A stretch of 54,266 bases of DNA, counting the filler, from Sphacelaria rigidula (lineage: Eukaryota): assembly GCA_964200075.2 (NCBI GenBank). It is 5 parts of 5 records of this genome, joined end to end, with 100 filler letters (N's around TTAATTAATTAA, not from the genome) between each part and the next. Parts side by side here need not be neighbours in the genome. Positions count along the whole stretch, not along the records: positions 43,495 to 54,266 come from CAXNAA020005944.1; 4 more parts are not named here. One strand, 5' to 3'. Under the pieces are notes generated by a model that saw nothing but the letters and a program-made list of their open reading frames with translations, did no database searches and had not been told where the DNA came from. The position numbers were made by a program, and so were the translations under genes. Every line of letters starts with the position of its first letter. Positions within the stretch are counted from its first letter, which is position 1. Positions 50,114 to 54,266 of this stretch are shown here, piece by piece.

Positions 50114-50421
50114 ATATCGATATTAGTGCTAGTGCTGGCGTGCTAGTAGATGCTATCGTTTGAGACTGCTGAAAACTTTAGCAGGGGGAGTCTGGACAAC
50201 TTGTGATTAGCTTCGGGCACAGAGCTTCACGGACGTGAGGAGGCTTCAAGCTGAGGCAGCTGAACAGGCGGCTGGCCCGTGATTGATCCAGACTGGAGAC
50301 TCGCTGGAGCCGCGCACAGCGGGTGTTTATACGACCCCAGGGCTGTATTGGAGCGGCGAAGCAAGCAGGTGTGAACTGAAGTTCGAGAAGATTTGAGAAA
50401 TCTTCGATTTTCCGCTCAAGA

Positions 50422-51351
50422 ATGTCGACTATGGAGGAACCGATAATAGAGCCAGCAGAAACGACTGTAACCCCAGTCGTTCTAAGGGAAGAGTTGCGAC
50501 CGCCCAGTTACGGGAGTTTGTATTCTGAGGGTGCATCTAGATCGTTTTACACGAGATACATGGAATACAAGAGGAGGGCGGAGCATACGAATGCAGGGGG
50601 TGCGGTGAGGCATCAGGTGGTTTCGATGGCGCAATTAGTACCAACACCCTTGCAACGCGTCTTCGCGAGACTCTTCCACGAAAAGCATACCATGACCCCG
50701 CTGCAGTTGGCCGCAACGATAAAGAAGCACGCAGGGCAGGCGGCAGGCGCGGAGGTAGAGCTTACTCAGGCGTCCGCGGCCGTGGCAAAGGCTGTCGCAA
50801 TGAACCACAAGGGGAGCACCATGCGTGAGAAGGTGGAGCCCATAATGGGTAAGTTGGAAACGTATTTTGCGGGAAATCCCAACGTAGATATGATTCATCG
50901 TTCGTCCGATGGTAAATTTCGCCCAGGGTCCGCTGCGGTGGTCACTAAAGCGATGGTGGAGGGTCTGGCACCGGCGGAGTTTAAGCAGGCCGTGCTTGCA
51001 CAGTTACAGCACGAAACCAATTGGAAGTCGGACCCGTATTTAGTCATGGATACCGTGGTGGCTGAGGCTCAGGCATGGCGGCGCGTCGAAGTATTCGGAA
51101 AATCATCCACTTAGTCGCCGCAGTCTTCGAGCTCGCGTAACCGCGGATCAAAATCCGCAGGCAGTGCCGCACCCATTTTTACTTGTTTTCAGTGTGGCCA
51201 GGTAGGTCACATCGCACGGCAGTGCCAAACGCCTTTTGAAAGGGAGCCTGGGCAGACGAGTGCCGCGCGCCCTCACAAAGGGCGAAAGACGAGGTAGTCG
51301 TGGTGGCGGCGGCGGCGGATCCTCCAGCGGTGGAGGTGCACAGTCGACTTC

Positions 51352-51394
<43 letters not shown>

Positions 51395-51525
51395 GGGCAG
51401 CGGCGTCAGCAGGGGTCCGGTACGGGGTTCGGTTCAGTCGCAAGGGCTGCTGCTCCGCAACGGGCGGTGCAGGTGGGACATACCTCTCTAGTGTCGGGCT
51501 CGGTGCCGGCGCCGCCGGCAGCATA
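50422..51525 (+). pseudogene. gag: Gag-like ORF with an in-frame stop before the zinc knuckle
   Basis: ORF 50422..51114; TAG at 51112-51114 precedes the in-frame CCHC motif; poly-CAG tract near 51354-51390. Confidence 0.8.
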
Positions 51526-51759
51526 GCAAGGCGAGACGCCGGCTGCGGAGCCGGCCGATTTTCAGCTGAAATTTGAATCCGGTGCTGCGCCGGCCGGGGT
51601 ACCGCTGCAATTTGGTTCTGCGGGCGGGGCTTCGTACCCGCCGGCGGTGCCGGTGATCCCAGCGGGGGCGACTCTGCCTGCTCCGCGCGCGCAGCCGTGG
51701 CGCCAAGTGGGGATTACGAACAATCAGTCGGCAGAGCAGGTGCCGATCGAGGACCAAGA

Positions 51760-54266
51760 CAGTCATGTCCCTGCCGAGTTATATTTGCCCGATCGATGGG
51801 CGCGGGGAGCTATATCGGTCAAAGCGGTGTTGGGTTCAGGCGCCCACTTCACGAGCATGTCGGTGCTAATTGTGGAGATGCTGGAGCGTCTACTCCCAGG
51901 TGGGCAAATCCGAATTTCGTTTTCGCTCGGGGCGCGGCAGGCCATCACCGCATCGGGGCAACGTATAAATGTGACGGAGCGTACGATTCCCCTGCAGTTA
52001 GCGTTCCTGACTACCTGGGGGCCAGCAAAATTACCCCCAATATCGTTTGCGATCATGCCGGGGACGGATAGTGTCGTTCTGTTGGGCCTACCGACGCTTC
52101 GGGGACTCGGAGTCAATCCGTATGATCGGTCGTTGGAGTCCCTAAAAACGAAAATGCCGTCGCCCGGTTTGAGTGTCGAGACGCCTGCTTTTTTGGCCAG
52201 TCGCAGAGTGAGCTTGTCGGTTGATGCTCTCCAGTAGGCGGGGGGGCAGGTGTCCGAGGAGCGTGATGAGGCGGTGGAACGCTTGGTGGAGCGTGGCCCG
52301 GAGATATTTATTGATCCGGCGGATGAAGAGCCCGCTCGGAAAGTCGCGCTGGAGGAGAGCGTGACGGGTGATGGGGCGCAAAGTCTCAGCGTCTCAAAAG
52401 CGGAGCGCCTGCGCGGTATATTGCATTGCCGCGTCAACGCGTTTCATCGTGCGCTGCGGGGTGATCGCCCTGCGCGCGTGAAGCCCATGCGTGTTCAGCC
52501 AGAACCTGGGGAGTCCGCGGTGAAGACGAAGCCGCGGCGGTACTATCCAGTGAAGCCGAGTTGGTTGGCCTTGTGCATGGCGGCTCTTTTGGCGCTCGGG
52601 TTGGTGTTACGGAATTTGCAGGCGGGGTGGTCCAGTCCGGATAATTCGTTTCCGAAGAAGGCTGCATCGTGGACGGCGGGCAGGCTGCAGGCGTGGGCGA
52701 CAGCGAAGGATCTGGTGACTCATGTAGTGACGCCGCTCCATCCTCGTCCAGATTGTCAGATGTCAATGTTTCCGGATGTATTTGAGTGCAAAAGGGGTAG
52801 TTTTGTAACGCAGGTGCCTGATGCAGAAATGCAACAACGGATGCCGGTTGAAGACATGACGCATGAAACGCTGGCTTTTCTGAGTGGTAATTTCAAGGGT
52901 TCCCAGATGCGTTGGGCAAAAATGGACAAAAAAAGGTTTTGCTATCGTGAGCACTTTTCGTCGTCTTGAGCATCTGTTGTGGAATGGCGTACACATTTTC
53001 ACGGATAACCGAAATCTAGCGTACATTTTCAACCCGGAGGCATGCATGACGTCTGTGTAGAACTCGTTGGCACAGCGATCGAAGGGGTGGAAAGGAGTAT
53101 TAGGACAGTATCGGTACACGATTTGTCATACTTCGGGTGAGCGTAACGCGTGGGCTGACTTGCTGTCGCGCTGGGCAAGTATTCCCACTTTGCCTGCGCG
53201 CGCTGTGGCTGTGTATGGTCCGTGCGAACCTGATGACTCGATGCCGTCCAAGTCTGTTGTCTGCCAAGCGCAACGAAAAGACCTTGGGGCCGAAGATATG
53301 GATGTGCAATCTTTCGAGTCGGACGTCGGTACTACTATCTTGGACAATGAAGGTATGTTTCGTGTGCATGTGCGTGGCCGAAACGTCTTGTGGATTCCGA
53401 GTTTTGACAAGCAGTTGCAGGTACGTTTGATGATTTGTGCGCACATGCGCGATGCCGGGCATCGAGGTGTGGATGCGACGCTCGTGCGCTTGAAAGAGTT
53501 TTGTGTCTGGAAGGGGATAGAAACTGATGCGTGCGAATTTGTCCGCCAGTGTCTTCACTGTGCTGACTCGAGGGCGGGCGATGTTGTTCCCCGCCCGCTC
53601 GGTGAAACGGTTCATGGGACCACGCCGAATGAAGTCGTTCATTTTGATCTCTTACACGTGGGCGAGAGTGGCCCGCTAGCTTCCCAAGGTTGTCGGAGGA
53701 TGCAGGGTTACGATACATTTTGGTCATCATGGATGATTTGAGCAATTTTGTGGCTCTGGGACCAGTAGTCGTGTGTACTGCTGAATCGACTGCCACGTCT
53801 TTGCTGAACTGGTGCAAAACTTTGGGTGTGCCCCGTGCGTGGGTGAGTGATACCGCCACGCATTTTAAGAATGCGATCTTGGCTAGGTTGCGAGAGGCTT
53901 TGCGCGTTGATCACCGGTTTGCGGTAGCGTATTTTACATGGTCTAACGGTACGTGCGAACGCATGGTCGAGGAAGCAGTTCGTGCTTTTCGCTCTATTCT
54001 TCTCGAGCAGCGTCGAGAGGTGACCGAGTGGGTGGACGTGTTGCCCGCTGTGCAATGGGCGCTACATACAGCATATCGCCGTCGGTACGATAGTACGCCG
54101 TATCACGTGATGTTTGGCCGTGCCTCTCGGACGTCTTTCTCGGTGCCGGCGTCCTCGTCGGCGGGGGAATGGAAGGGTGATGTTCTGAACGATGTTCAAA
54201 TTAAGAGTGCATTGAAAGGAGTCTTGGACTTGCAAGAACGTTTGCACGTTCAGGTGCAGGAGCGTG
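51760..54266 (+). pseudogene. pol: Pol remnant (PR, deleted RT, RNase H, integrase)
   Basis: ORF pieces 51647..52237, 52250..52969 and 53067..53741, plus a frameshifted integrase core running to the window end. Confidence 0.88.

Larger units (their letters stand above)
49865..54266 (+). mobile_element. Degenerate Ty3/Gypsy LTR retrotransposon, 3'-truncated by the contig end
   Basis: Domain order gag - CCHC knuckle (CFQCGQVGHIARQC, 51184-51225) - protease (VLGSGAHF) - RT remnant - RNase H (LAFLSG, HIFTDNRNL) - integrase (HMRDAGH..CLHC, VHFDLL, WVSDTATHF, SNGTCERM); several stops and frameshifts. Confidence 0.92.

Noticed and set aside
51112..51114. Programmed stop readthrough in gag
   Set aside because: The element has many other stops and frameshifts, so simple decay is the more economical explanation

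Overview
Eukaryotic genomic DNA, intron-rich and TE-rich. Splice signals, intron sizes and repeat types look like a stramenopile, most likely a brown alga (inference). The window is not contiguous. It is five unrelated contigs (1-10774, 10875-21648, 21749-32521, 32622-43394, 43495-54266; lengths 10774, 10774, 10773, 10773, 10772), apparently size-sorted and joined by N44-TTAATTAATTAA-N44 linkers. Contig 1 holds a complete 7-exon gene for a 1050-aa eEF3-type ABC-F translation factor, with nested foldback elements upstream. Contig 2 is TE debris: a Helitron helicase remnant split by an RTE LINE, a hAT transposase remnant, a tRNA-derived SINE and nested MITEs. Contig 3 holds the 3' nine exons of a minus-strand gene with a PH-like helix and a long Q/G-rich tail. 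Contig 4 holds seven internal exons of a Kelch-repeat gene. Contig 5 holds a degenerate Ty3/Gypsy LTR retrotransposon lacking the RT core. All gene models were built by hand from GT-AG sites and phase consistency. No CRISPR, rRNA or true tRNA was found, and no clearly new multi-gene system can be supported.
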